64,000 nucleotides of DNA from a virus. The stretch spans positions 1 through 64,000 of the IMG/VR virus record IMGVR_UViG_3300003690_003063; one strand, given 5' to 3'. Made by a program: the position numbers and the translations under genes. Positions 21,301 to 30,403 of the stretch are shown one piece after another (the first letter of the stretch is position 1; every line of letters begins with the position of its first letter). The notes below the pieces were generated by a model. That model was not told the DNA's origin and did not search any database. It saw only the letters and a program-made list of their open reading frames with translations.

Positions 21301-24300
21301 TGACTCTGTGGGTAGTGCAACTAGCAACAATATAGCGATCGGTGGCCCCTTTACGATTGGATACACAGCGGAGACCTTTGACGGATATATTTGTGATTTC
21401 GCGGTATGGGACAAAGAGCTTTCGGCAGCAGAAGCGTTAACAGTTTATAACGGCGGCAGCCGAGCTAATTTACGGCACCTGACTATGGATAATCGCGATG
21501 GCGACCTGGCCGCCGCGCCCACTGTTAATCTCCTGGCGTGGTGGCCGCTGGGTGATGATCCTCGAGACTCTTCGGATGGTGGTATTTTCTATGATCAAAT
21601 GGGGTTCACCAACGTCGCCGCCAATAACTTCACTGACGACGCGACGTCCGGAATCTCCGTCAAATCCCCCGGTTATGGGGGCTACGGGGGCGTTTCAAAT
21701 GTCGCAAATATGAGAGGTAATTTAGACTATAAACTTCCTAGTAGAACCGGAGCGAATTCTAATAGTAATATTTTTGTTAACAGGTTTGGATCCCCCGGGG
21801 GCTATGAAGTAAGCTCGCGGGGCTATATGGGCCCCGCCCATGAAGAACTTTCTGTTTATAACGCGTTACCGTATCGCAATCAGCATGTGATAAGTTACGG
21901 CCTGTCGGGCTCAGCCTCGGCGGATTCTACAGTTGCTTCAACGATTGTTGTCTTAGATCAAATTGGTAAGAATCGAGGCCTTAATCAAAGAGCCACATTA
22001 CACTGCGGCCAATATGGTTCTGATGCCGCCTATGGTTTAATAACCGCTAAAAGCACGCGCGTTGACCTGGGTAAGGGCTATGTGGCAACACCATCTTGGC
22101 ACAAAACCAATCGAAATCGAAAGAGAAGGATGGAACTTATTTCTGGTTCAATAGCGGGAGGGCCCGCCATAACTCAATTAGCCCTCTGTACTACTGGATC
22201 CGTCTATGACAATTTATGGGTACAGCACCCTATTCCAAGGTCTATGCGTCAATATTCATGGATAACTGCATCGGTTACAGGGAGTGAACTACTGGGTTTG
22301 TGTAAGCCGGAGTGTATGAGCACCTCGTCGATCCCCCTCATGATCACGGCCTCGGGTATTACGGGGTCCGACGGCGATGCGAGTGAGCCCAGCTCCCAGG
22401 TATTCTCGCTAGATTTTGTTGGCTTGCGATCTTATGTTATTGATCCAGTGAGCGCGTCGTCACATACCTTGGGATATCCCTTAGCGAGCTCTATTGTTTC
22501 TTATCAGAACCATAATTTGCAGACTGAGTGGACCACTATTACGGTTCCTACTTTTAATTTCCTAATGTTAAACAGAAACGGACCATATCAATATGCGATG
22601 TGGCAGCAGACTCGTTTTAATAATCATCCGGTAGTTCGGAAGCTCCGCCATGAAAATAAGATTGGGGTGACGCTTGGGCCCAAACCACAATTATTATCAA
22701 ATCGTTTTAGTGCGGGGTATACCGTTCGTCCAACAAGACCTAATAGTTTTGTAGACTATGTGGAACAGCCGATTAGTAGTCGATATCTGCCTTCTTTGGT
22801 AGTGGCAGAGGCCGCAGCCGGTGACGAATCCTTTGATAGCGATGGAAATTATAAGGCAACATATGGAAATTATTTCCAAATGTTCTCGCACGAAGGCCTG
22901 AATAATCATCTTAATTTGTCTGTAACACAAAAGTATCTCTACGATAATCCTTTTGTATCATTATTAGAATATTTCTTAAACAATAAAGCCAATTTAATGG
23001 TAGACTATTCAGAGCGCATATACCCAGCAGAAGAAGTTGCTTATAGAAATATTGTAAGAAATCGAACAAATTTCACTATCACTGGATCGTGGGATCCCAA
23101 GAGAAGTGTTGCTGCTCGTGCTAATTCTCAAGGTCATTCTATCACCAATCAGGCTGCCTGGTTCATGAAAGAGTCCACGACCTTTGCTACGGCGCAGCCG
23201 ACACTGCTCGCCAGGACTGACGGAACTGGGGAGGGACAAAGCCTACAATCACGCTATGGTATTTCCGGAGCGTTTGATATCACAGCTAGCGCAGTTTATT
23301 CTTTAAGGGTGCCTCTTGGATGGGAATCCTCTCCCGGGAACAACAAGCTTGTATACGGAGGGGTGGCCGCGTGGCAAGCGGGCCCCCAAGCAGGGAAGGA
23401 TCCATATGTAGAATATGACTATTGGGTCCATCAATTGAGACTTAAAGCAAAAGATTATTCTATTGTCCCTGAGTTTAGAATTAGCGAACATATCGAAGAG
23501 ATCATAAATGCGGGAGGCGATCCTCTCATTGATAGCTGGCGGCTAGACTTAACCGGCGCAGCATACCCAGACACAGATAGTCCTCAGTTTTGGGAGACCT
23601 ATACAAATGGTGAATTTATGAAGCTTTTTGGTGTCGTTGATGATATGTTATTCGAAACGGGATTTGCCGCCCAGCAACTATCAAGAAACAAACTATCTCT
23701 CCAATGCCATGCGGCCATTAAGTTTCTTCCATATCCAGGTTTTTATCCTCTTCAACGAATGCGCGACCTGGCGACTAGATTTTCTCAGTCTTATGGAGAC
23801 TATGTTTACGTAACTGCTAGCGCTGACTATAGGACATCGCCGATATCATCGGCCTATCGCGCGATTGAAGAACCACTTTTTGCTCCGGGCATTTGGTTTA
23901 ACACCTATAAATCGGGTCTTGCAGTCGGCAGCTATATCATGGGAATTTCGGGTGGTTACGATGCAATAACGGACGCCGAGGAAAACTGGGCCCGCCTTAA
24001 GGATATTGCGGTTTCTAACTCGGTCGACTCAGCCGATAGTCAGTTCCCTGAAGGAGTAATTAATTTTGGAAGCGGGAGCTTGCTGTCTTGTTCTATAACC
24101 GCTTCGGATACCGCTTATTTCCCAGTAAGGATACCGTTCGAAGCAGTCTATAAACCACAGTTTTTAAGTAGCAAAGCGATTAGTGGCTCTTTTATTTATG
24201 ATAACGGCGTGGGTTCGGCCAGTCTTTCCGGAAACTCGGGCGGCACCCATCTTATAAATAGGGTTTCTTGGGATGGCCAAGGTGACCCGCTTTATAGAAT

Positions 24301-26074
24301 GATGGCAGACAACACTTTAAGTTCAATTTATGAGATGTTTATACAAGACCCAGTCAGTTTCGTGTCCAAAGAACAAGATCAATTTACTGGGATACCAGCT
24401 AAAGAGGGAGAGAAGTTTGCTATGACATTTCATGTTAACCGAACGCTAGGTAGAGATGGCAAAGCAGATAGAAATAAATTTGAAATGTACAGCAGAAATA
24501 GTGCCTTTGGTCCCCCTGTGGTTTTGGATGCCGGCGCCGAGACGGCCGCCGGCGGCCCGGGGGATGGCAACATTGAGTTTACTGCTTCGTGTTCACCCAG
24601 TACCCCTTGCTATATAAATGGCACTAGTTCTGTTACAATCGTTGCCACCGCTTCTTTTGGCGGCTTCCCTTCTTTGGCAGATCTTTTATCTTCCGTAGAA
24701 TATATATATGATACACAGCTAGAGTCAGATAGTTACCACAAAAAAGCGATGGGGTATTGGTTTGCTCAAAAAGTGTCAGAAAGTTTTAATCTATCTGAAG
24801 TTATGGGACAAGACGATTCGTCCCGATGGCTAATTCAAAGTAAATTTGAAACTCCTATGTTCAATTTCTCCAACGTCTCGGCCGATGCTCCTGTAGCGGC
24901 CGATGTCTCTCTGCGCCCTGGGGCTATTAACACCGTAACGACGAAAGGAATTGGGCATCAACTCGGCACGATTTTGGCAAAAGACGAAGGGGTAGAATGT
25001 TTTATAACAACGCCAACTTTTGTGAACTCTCCCACTTATGGTCGTATAACCAATCCGAAGTCCTTATCCAAACTCGTGGGCTTTCAGGAGGGTGTTAAAA
25101 AGAAGCTTGGCGTTCTAAAAAATGAGTTCCGGCTAGAAGAGGCCGTGGTCGTTGTGCCATATATACAACGTAAGCGGAGGCGTGAATTCCTCAAGTTCCC
25201 ACGGGCCCGGGCCAAACTAACAAGTTATCAAAACTTGCTATTGGCTATGAAAAAATATATTTTCCCTCCCAAATTTGATTTTACTAGATTTAGAGAGGTA
25301 AAGCCAGTTTTAATGTATGTATTTGAATACGGAATGGACTTAAATCAGGACGATCTTTCCGCTATCTGGCAGAATTTGCCTCCCGGCCAACGAAATATAA
25401 ATTGTCATCTTTGTGGATGTACTGATACCAAATTTGAATTGAAAGAAATAGAGATCGAAGAACGAGAGTTGGTAAATAAAATATTAGCTAAGGATGAAGA
25501 CTTGTATTGGATGGTTTTTAAGGTTAAGAAAAGGGCGGCTCGCAATTTTGAAAAGACTAGGAGATCTTTTATATCTTCCGAAACCCAGGATATTCCAGCA
25601 GCTGTTGGAGAATATTCATATAATTGGCCTTATGATAATTTCTCGTTGGTAGAATTGGTGAAAATAGAGGAGAGTGTACGATGGATATCGGAGGAGATCT
25701 GCCCAGAATGTGAAGAAGATCCATGCGAAGATCCGGAAGATGATGCTCCCACTCCGTCGCCCGCACCTCCCGTTAATCCTACGGCTGACGCGCCCGTTCC
25801 GACTGCGCCGAAGGGATTGGGAACGAGAGTCCTTAAAAGAAAAGGTAGGACATCTGCTGAGCCTCGAGGAGGCGCCGACTTCCAAGAAACGATCGTTCTT
25901 AGACAAGGTGATCTGGACGTCGACACCCAGTTCACTACGACTACGGACGGCAGAATAGAGGCGTCCTATGACCCGCGCGGCACTCCCACCGAGATTGTTG
26001 ATCCTGATGCGGTCTTCGCCGGCTCAGGTGGAAGATCTGGCGCCATTAAGATAAAAACTGAGGATGAGAGATAA
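15332..26074 (+). CDS. Giant (3580 aa) virion protein with several LamG/concanavalin-like domains
   Basis: TVEFWLK, WNHYAVS, WYHLVGT, GYIDEVAIWNKALS, DEFRYWK, GYICDFAVWDKELS motifs; YIYKSKGT baseplate-like motif. Confidence 0.75.
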   Translation: MSFRSLFDKAVTVKSLANKSAEEIGAQIESVGYHTEDILHEERFIPQVDFSKPETFARFGSAEEYYGESIDRIIGDYPYDGSLRERLKWENESTYIDLHILDNLYPRTTGWITMSAGGYGPLEGSITADGYGMPTNVEYIYLEGGPHPSPHGTSPYNINFTGSNYLEATKNRQSNLKFDLANSGSTVEFWLKKEEFHLDSTKKEVIFDLWNHEDTSSADYGRFRLELSGGGVVPAGSNPVLLTVMSGTLGFESTSIAPSTFVASDIVGGSWNHYAVSVKNTTGGKSVHFDLGSTDAINIGEADLWQGLIGGAGDAALPWTLSAWVWLDSIPTSGEREIINFSNSDISLVLDPAGTDNFELDIAGATRGITRSGTIYAQRWYHLVGTFAGGNDGALTFYVNGEDDNNAHATVDNPTGIAGSDCYIGNRNSLAGAFPGYIDEVAIWNKALSLAEVEEVFNHGVPPNLLGFDSAENLIAWYPLGDNSTVKLDGTNVRSVDNQVSDIVGGYHGFGAGGTLSGSQVVDYSPLNNSVTTKFYVNGELKNVKQISTCPPGSARAVDVLTGSLAQIDSPIVARIGSLICSPAGSSALTGSGKLMAGLDEFRYWKAYRSSKDIGRFWFTQVGGGTNNDPEPFIDTQEKVNTNLGVYYKFNEGITGYASIDSTILDYSGRVTNGLWAGFTSSASPRNTGSAIVSSSAAIKEFEDPIIYALHPEVVTLKTNLQESGSAYDINNNSAIYNSIPAWITEEDEEGQKQLRYLTQIMGSYFDTLHLQMDTLNQFRDISYVSGSEKPLPFSAKMLNSNGFVSPEIFLDADILEVLDDRSEDRIYAKSLNDIKNLIYKNIYNNLIYIYKSKGTEKSFRNLIRCFGIDDELIKLNLYASNTTYEYRENRRNVVVADKIINFNTTGNTAAVIYSSNTASAVDPTASPPSYTISDTAAFITSSALLTGGYATTLETDVFFPLKKEQSDNTYHGTNRLSASLFGLHRVKPRPHDPAWDLTTDAGTADNCNFQVYAVRDEVDSANAYFILTGSAATVIPTLTSSLYEDLYENNSWNLSVAIKPEYYPLTPYISASNDDQDPAPTPGTPGTRTGSLNDQNYIVVFRGIQADSGEILNSFTVTGTISAPHPSFVTSSRRVFVGAHRTNFTGTLLYSTDVGINSCRYWLNYLDDQALRAHAYDTENHGPLYPHRYAFPFNPAPSFFSASYGEILNIDTLMFNWEFSQNTGSDAYGEFPVTDESSGSSLLAAAPGTPGGDDTVLPLSGTETARFGDLGKLLNKQYSAYGYGFSESSLTPVKKEHIVSSKINPLEVVSSVDQVKVLTIQEQQEFAIDSRPVNYFFSFEKSMYRTISEEMVNYFGSLRDFNNIIGAAVNRYRPNYKIMGKLRNRFFEKVANDEIDFDKFYEYYKWFDSSLSFMLGQLVPISADFAENVRTMIESHALERNKHKTPFPFLDQEKTVFEAPAISLVDYQGAVSSPDDDPQGTAFWPSSAPSRRQLGLSTRALTKVWKDTSAPIGAASAGGSAVVAQEARYLWWKNRVERDDSPLSAPFGSEFNVQRAALFAVMTQSVDLDQRRVYKFSVEGNRAFGGVGLPAGKKVNFVFAATHPWGPSNPNDSDALKNVMLANRDDLEQLLNTTDRFYGPNFKQRLGLSFNASVNDDNQADRLRTTGVNIAPFSVYSSSVSTGYVSEIASDFTGGIDFTNLHHDLVFNADIPLQSPFTEKFVGGREYRHVDISDATDTIKTRPEGFRIQFEDVKAPPGSTISNAVAIIPPNSRGLATDGEIPTGNKFRDETAKRPVNIKNILMTTASVGTRLSGALSHAKIGNYQRSYQVVQSNGRTTNDPFFQDQSFDFAQYPETLATRGRFALAPQAGKSLHFDGDTDYVRSVLPLASWESAIGGAGSDAKAVSFSMWLNADTLPSGHWIFKVGGATSTYSMQVNSDELKFIVGSSGTDPYVFSSTISTGSWTHVVATLAAGTGNKPNMYINGTLDNDSVGSATSNNIAIGGPFTIGYTAETFDGYICDFAVWDKELSAAEALTVYNGGSRANLRHLTMDNRDGDLAAAPTVNLLAWWPLGDDPRDSSDGGIFYDQMGFTNVAANNFTDDATSGISVKSPGYGGYGGVSNVANMRGNLDYKLPSRTGANSNSNIFVNRFGSPGGYEVSSRGYMGPAHEELSVYNALPYRNQHVISYGLSGSASADSTVASTIVVLDQIGKNRGLNQRATLHCGQYGSDAAYGLITAKSTRVDLGKGYVATPSWHKTNRNRKRRMELISGSIAGGPAITQLALCTTGSVYDNLWVQHPIPRSMRQYSWITASVTGSELLGLCKPECMSTSSIPLMITASGITGSDGDASEPSSQVFSLDFVGLRSYVIDPVSASSHTLGYPLASSIVSYQNHNLQTEWTTITVPTFNFLMLNRNGPYQYAMWQQTRFNNHPVVRKLRHENKIGVTLGPKPQLLSNRFSAGYTVRPTRPNSFVDYVEQPISSRYLPSLVVAEAAAGDESFDSDGNYKATYGNYFQMFSHEGLNNHLNLSVTQKYLYDNPFVSLLEYFLNNKANLMVDYSERIYPAEEVAYRNIVRNRTNFTITGSWDPKRSVAARANSQGHSITNQAAWFMKESTTFATAQPTLLARTDGTGEGQSLQSRYGISGAFDITASAVYSLRVPLGWESSPGNNKLVYGGVAAWQAGPQAGKDPYVEYDYWVHQLRLKAKDYSIVPEFRISEHIEEIINAGGDPLIDSWRLDLTGAAYPDTDSPQFWETYTNGEFMKLFGVVDDMLFETGFAAQQLSRNKLSLQCHAAIKFLPYPGFYPLQRMRDLATRFSQSYGDYVYVTASADYRTSPISSAYRAIEEPLFAPGIWFNTYKSGLAVGSYIMGISGGYDAITDAEENWARLKDIAVSNSVDSADSQFPEGVINFGSGSLLSCSITASDTAYFPVRIPFEAVYKPQFLSSKAISGSFIYDNGVGSASLSGNSGGTHLINRVSWDGQGDPLYRMMADNTLSSIYEMFIQDPVSFVSKEQDQFTGIPAKEGEKFAMTFHVNRTLGRDGKADRNKFEMYSRNSAFGPPVVLDAGAETAAGGPGDGNIEFTASCSPSTPCYINGTSSVTIVATASFGGFPSLADLLSSVEYIYDTQLESDSYHKKAMGYWFAQKVSESFNLSEVMGQDDSSRWLIQSKFETPMFNFSNVSADAPVAADVSLRPGAINTVTTKGIGHQLGTILAKDEGVECFITTPTFVNSPTYGRITNPKSLSKLVGFQEGVKKKLGVLKNEFRLEEAVVVVPYIQRKRRREFLKFPRARAKLTSYQNLLLAMKKYIFPPKFDFTRFREVKPVLMYVFEYGMDLNQDDLSAIWQNLPPGQRNINCHLCGCTDTKFELKEIEIEERELVNKILAKDEDLYWMVFKVKKRAARNFEKTRRSFISSETQDIPAAVGEYSYNWPYDNFSLVELVKIEESVRWISEEICPECEEDPCEDPEDDAPTPSPAPPVNPTADAPVPTAPKGLGTRVLKRKGRTSAEPRGGADFQETIVLRQGDLDVDTQFTTTTDGRIEASYDPRGTPTEIVDPDAVFAGSGGRSGAIKIKTEDER

Positions 26075-26081
26075 TTAGAGT

Positions 26082-27122
26082 ATGGACTTTTTCAACAAAA
26101 AAGAAGAAGTATTAGATCTTCAGTTAACTGAATATGGAAGATATTTGTTGTCGCAGGGACTCTGGCATCCCCACTACTATGCTTTTTTTGATGATGATGT
26201 TTTGTATGATTCACAGGCCGGCTCAGCCGGTTCGGGATCTGCTGAAGTCCAAAATAATGCCGAAAGGCGCATACAGTTTGATACTCCCTCCCTTAAGGTG
26301 CAACCATATACGATAGGTGCGCAGGCCCGGGTAGATAGGTGGAATAATCAAGTGTCGAACCTCGCCCTCCCCACAGCTGATAATTCTGTTGCATATGTAG
26401 ATGCGTTTAATCTGACTCAGCCATTTGAGGGGGCGACGTATTTGTTGGCCTCGCGACCTCTGGGCACCAGCAACCTTAAAAAAACATATGCCCCCGCTTG
26501 GAATATGGGGATAGTAACCCCTCAGAGTTCTTCAAAGCAGACAGCATTCATTGGCATGAATTTAACCGCAAGCAATGTTTCTCTTACCAGTAGTCATTTT
26601 GGCGTAATTGTACAAGATATACCGCAAGTTGATATTACTATTAATTATAATACATTTTTTGCCATTACTTCTACGACTGGTGAGCTTCCGACTCCTAGAT
26701 ATGTTCCTTTAACGGCAGAGTTTAACGGCGCCGGGGTGCGCCTTTTTGTCGAAGACGACTATTTGGTGGTGGATTTGTTAGAAGAAAACACAGATTATTT
26801 GAAAGAAAACTTTGATATAGAAGTTTTTAGAGTTGAGGGGTTGCCATCAACTACGCCGAGCGATGGTAATGTGTTAGAACAACTTTTGTTTATGGATGAA
26901 GAATTTTATTATGTTCCGCAAGCAGATATAGATGTCGGGTATTATTTAAATGTGTTGGTTGATAATGAACTACCCCCCCAAATTGCTGATAATTTGGGGA
27001 TTACTCAAAAGACCGTAAGAGGCACCACTGCAAGGCTGGCGTTAAGCAGAGATCTTTATGGCGGCGCCGGCGACGGCGGTGCTGCTGGCGGCGGCACAGA
27101 CCCTGCGGAAGGATGTGAATAA
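26082..27122 (+). CDS. Virion structural protein
   Basis: N-terminus (DLQLTEYGRYLLSQG..YYAFFDDDVLY) resembles that of 36638 (DAVLTNKGRKAIAKG..YFALGDDEIDY). Confidence 0.6.
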   Translation: MDFFNKKEEVLDLQLTEYGRYLLSQGLWHPHYYAFFDDDVLYDSQAGSAGSGSAEVQNNAERRIQFDTPSLKVQPYTIGAQARVDRWNNQVSNLALPTADNSVAYVDAFNLTQPFEGATYLLASRPLGTSNLKKTYAPAWNMGIVTPQSSSKQTAFIGMNLTASNVSLTSSHFGVIVQDIPQVDITINYNTFFAITSTTGELPTPRYVPLTAEFNGAGVRLFVEDDYLVVDLLEENTDYLKENFDIEVFRVEGLPSTTPSDGNVLEQLLFMDEEFYYVPQADIDVGYYLNVLVDNELPPQIADNLGITQKTVRGTTARLALSRDLYGGAGDGGAAGGGTDPAEGCE

Positions 27123-30100
27123 TGGCCCATTGGCACGTCGCTCAAGGATTCTCATCAAGAGGTGTACCAACCCCTCTAGTAAAAGAGGTTGTCATTCATC
27201 CAACATTACAAAAAGATAGTGGTTCTAAATACTGTCTTTTAACAGGGTATATCCAGGTCCCCATATTGGGGCCGGCCCCGCTATCGAGGCGAGATGAAAG
27301 TCTTGAACAAAAGCCCTTAAGTTTGTGGGTAAAAGCAGTTTCGTCTAAAAGTATCATTAATTCTTTTAGGGGTAGCCGAGGTAAACAATTCTTAAATACT
27401 TCTATAGCTAACGCACACCACAAGTTCATAATGTCACAACAGATTATCCCCGTTAATACATATCGCATTAATAAAAACAATTATTTATCTTATAATCCAT
27501 CTACCAAGAAACATCTCTATTTTGAAGACATTAAATTTGAAGTACGTGTTAGATGTCCGAACGGACAGCTTTCTAAATTAAAGCATCTTTCATTAGTGTG
27601 TGTGGTATTTTCTAATTTTGGATCTCTTCACAATGCTACTCCAACACATCTTCATAAGTTGAAAGATAACCCTCTGGGCCGCCTAGACTCTGGCGCGCCT
27701 ATGATTGTGAATATTATAAATAATAGAAGGGTGCCCCTACGTTCTAGTTATTATGTATTGAGAGAAACTCTTGAGGGGTGGGGGGAGAAAGGCGATATCT
27801 GGCCCGGCGCCGTCCACAAACATCAGGGATGGTATATGGCCGGTTCAAGTCATTCCAATACTAAACATCCTAGATTAAGAAAGATAACGACCGCCAATTA
27901 CAAAGTGAAAGACTTAAGATTTTTAGATCCACAATTTAGTGGACAGATGAATGGTTTTTCTGTCAGCCAACGAAGTTCACCAGCGCGCGCCATCGGGCCT
28001 ACAAGTCTTGGCGCCGAAGAAAAGGTCGCCGCCTATGGCATAGAAAAATATTTTTCTTCTCCTCATTATTCTAGACAATCCGACGGATCCGCACTAGCTT
28101 TTTTGAATTTTGATTTTATGTCTTATATCAAAGATCACCTTGAGTTTAAATGGATCATTAAATCCGAAGATTCTATTACTTCTTGTGGCGAAATTTTAGA
28201 TCTCCGAGTCCATCGCTACCGGGTGACCAATACGGATTTGTCTAGTCCGCTAACCCCGGGCCACGCCACCACACCGCCGCCCCCCTGTTCTGAGAGACTC
28301 CTTCTTCCAATAGAGACAATAAGCTATGTGCCCACTACTAATCCTGGTACTGTTGGAATATTAATCGAGGACTCGAAGATGTCCGCTGAACCAGAAGGCT
28401 TATATGGATATCGGATAGAAATAGATGTAATTGATAATTCGAGGAAGGCTATTCAACATTTGGCCGATAAGGTAGCAAAAGAATTTCGAAAATTCGAAAA
28501 CTTTCTAACTGTTGTAAATGAAAGATCCACGAAGGGCAGCTGGGGAAACAACTCTTATGTTAAAAAACACGCTCAGAGTCTTGAAGACAATTCAAATTAT
28601 AAACAGTTGGTAAATTTGGTCATTGCTTCTTTAAGATTTTTATTTTTTAGGGGGAGCCCCGTCATTTTGAAAAATAATCTTTTGTCTATGGCTTCTCCAT
28701 ATTCTGCTACTTTGGACTCCATGTATATGTTTCGAGATTTGATAGCAAATTATTTGTATTCATTGAAGAGGCTCGTTGAAGAGCCCATCGAGTTAAATTC
28801 CGAGAGACCGTTCAATAATGATTCTAAAATTTTTAGCAAGGAGATTACCAAAACGAATACAATTGTGTTTGAAATTGGCGAAGCATATCAAAATTTTTCT
28901 CAAGAGGGAAGACGCGTGGGATTTGACTATTTTGGGTCAACGTGGTCACTTGAAGACACCAAAGATGTATTACCGCTCCAACTGACGGCCCCTCTCCCGG
29001 GCGCGCCGCTGTTGATAGTAAGTTTTGATGCCTTTGTAGATCGCATAGTCACAGAAAGTAAAAAATATGTTGATTTTCAGAGAAATGACCTGGCGCTCAA
29101 TAAATATGGTTTTCTTTCACCATTGGTAGTGAGAACCCCTTATAAAAGCTTGGTTACACAAAAAAATATGTCACTAGATTCATCTTTAGACATATTATAT
29201 GCCAAGAGAAATGCTGTATCTTCTATAGAGGACTATCCCGGAACCCCTCAGAACCGTCCGACTACCAACTATTACAAGAGAGGATTATTAGGATTAGAAG
29301 GTGTGACGTACAAACCTAAGAAAATATCTTTAAGAGAGCTTGTTAAAACCACTCCAAATAAAACCTTAAATTATATAGATAGTGTGTCATACTTTTCGAG
29401 TGGAAGCGTATTTGTGAATATGGACGAGATTTCCGCGGTGGAGGCTTCTATTAGCGGCTCCAAAACTACTCAATTTGCCATGGCGACCGCGGCCCGGCAA
29501 TCCGGCCTACAGTTGAAAAAAAGAGTGGTTAGCTATCTTCTTCAAGAACTAGCACAGGATTATATAGAAAATATAGAACTGAAGAACAGTAACCTAATCA
29601 AAGGCTCGTTTGCTTATAACCAAATGGTAACCAATCCTAAGAGTGTTGAGAATCTTAATATTTTTGAAAAGAGTATAAACTGGAATTCTTTGGTAGAAGT
29701 TCAGTACTTCGTGGGTTCTCCGAGCCCAAACTCTAAAACGCCAGAATGGCAAACCTTAACACAATCTCAGTTCAAACGCATGCGCGCCCGTGGCGGCTCC
29801 GTTTTGTGTCGATTAAAAAGGCTTCCAAGTATTTTTAATGTTAAAAATTCCTTTGATCTTCCTATATATAACCACCTATTTATTCTTGGGCCCTCGATTC
29901 CTATTGAAGCTCCTTTGTGGATGGTGCCTTCATCTCGTACGGCGGAACCGCGGTATATTACAACTTTTGCACAAACCATACACCAAGTGAGATCTTTAAA
30001 TCAAAAGAGTGCTCAAAGTATTGGCACGCCTGTTTATAGTGAATATTTGATGTCGAGGGAGTCTGTTTTAAATCACAAAGAGGGGTCAACAATTCCACAC

Positions 30101-30403
30101 GCGCCCGGGAAAAAAGTTTTAATTCAAAAAAGCGCCCCAGTACTGCGCGGGCCCGGGATGCGTAGGATCAGACACCCTACCCGCCCAACTAGGACTCCCC
30201 GCAGCAGCGAATTTGCCGGCGCCGCTTTTCCTGCCATCGAGAGGCCTAGCGACTTTGCTGCCGTCGCTTTCCCGATCGCTGAAAGGTCCGACGACTTTGC
30301 TGGCGTCGCTTTCCCGATCGCCGAAAGGTCCGGCGACTTTGCCGGTGTTGCTTTCCCAGCCACCGAGACGCCTGGCGACGGTAGCGGGGGAGGAAGTTAC
30401 TGA
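27122..30403 (+). CDS. Large basic hypothetical protein (1093 aa) with C-terminal 14-aa tandem repeat
   Basis: Long ORF, TAATG/TGATG coupled on both sides. Confidence 0.6.
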   Translation: MAHWHVAQGFSSRGVPTPLVKEVVIHPTLQKDSGSKYCLLTGYIQVPILGPAPLSRRDESLEQKPLSLWVKAVSSKSIINSFRGSRGKQFLNTSIANAHHKFIMSQQIIPVNTYRINKNNYLSYNPSTKKHLYFEDIKFEVRVRCPNGQLSKLKHLSLVCVVFSNFGSLHNATPTHLHKLKDNPLGRLDSGAPMIVNIINNRRVPLRSSYYVLRETLEGWGEKGDIWPGAVHKHQGWYMAGSSHSNTKHPRLRKITTANYKVKDLRFLDPQFSGQMNGFSVSQRSSPARAIGPTSLGAEEKVAAYGIEKYFSSPHYSRQSDGSALAFLNFDFMSYIKDHLEFKWIIKSEDSITSCGEILDLRVHRYRVTNTDLSSPLTPGHATTPPPPCSERLLLPIETISYVPTTNPGTVGILIEDSKMSAEPEGLYGYRIEIDVIDNSRKAIQHLADKVAKEFRKFENFLTVVNERSTKGSWGNNSYVKKHAQSLEDNSNYKQLVNLVIASLRFLFFRGSPVILKNNLLSMASPYSATLDSMYMFRDLIANYLYSLKRLVEEPIELNSERPFNNDSKIFSKEITKTNTIVFEIGEAYQNFSQEGRRVGFDYFGSTWSLEDTKDVLPLQLTAPLPGAPLLIVSFDAFVDRIVTESKKYVDFQRNDLALNKYGFLSPLVVRTPYKSLVTQKNMSLDSSLDILYAKRNAVSSIEDYPGTPQNRPTTNYYKRGLLGLEGVTYKPKKISLRELVKTTPNKTLNYIDSVSYFSSGSVFVNMDEISAVEASISGSKTTQFAMATAARQSGLQLKKRVVSYLLQELAQDYIENIELKNSNLIKGSFAYNQMVTNPKSVENLNIFEKSINWNSLVEVQYFVGSPSPNSKTPEWQTLTQSQFKRMRARGGSVLCRLKRLPSIFNVKNSFDLPIYNHLFILGPSIPIEAPLWMVPSSRTAEPRYITTFAQTIHQVRSLNQKSAQSIGTPVYSEYLMSRESVLNHKEGSTIPHAPGKKVLIQKSAPVLRGPGMRRIRHPTRPTRTPRSSEFAGAAFPAIERPSDFAAVAFPIAERSDDFAGVAFPIAERSGDFAGVAFPATETPGDGSGGGSY
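30203..30370 (+). repeat. 4 x 42-bp imperfect tandem repeat encoding (S/P)x(D/E)FA(G/A)(V/A)AFPxxE(R/T)
   Basis: SSEFAGAAFPAIER / PSDFAAVAFPIAER / SDDFAGVAFPIAER / SGDFAGVAFPATET. Confidence 0.9.

Noticed and set aside
30203-30370. Repeat as a CRISPR array
   Set aside because: Units are contiguous, in-frame and degenerate at codon third positions, with no unique spacers or cas genes.
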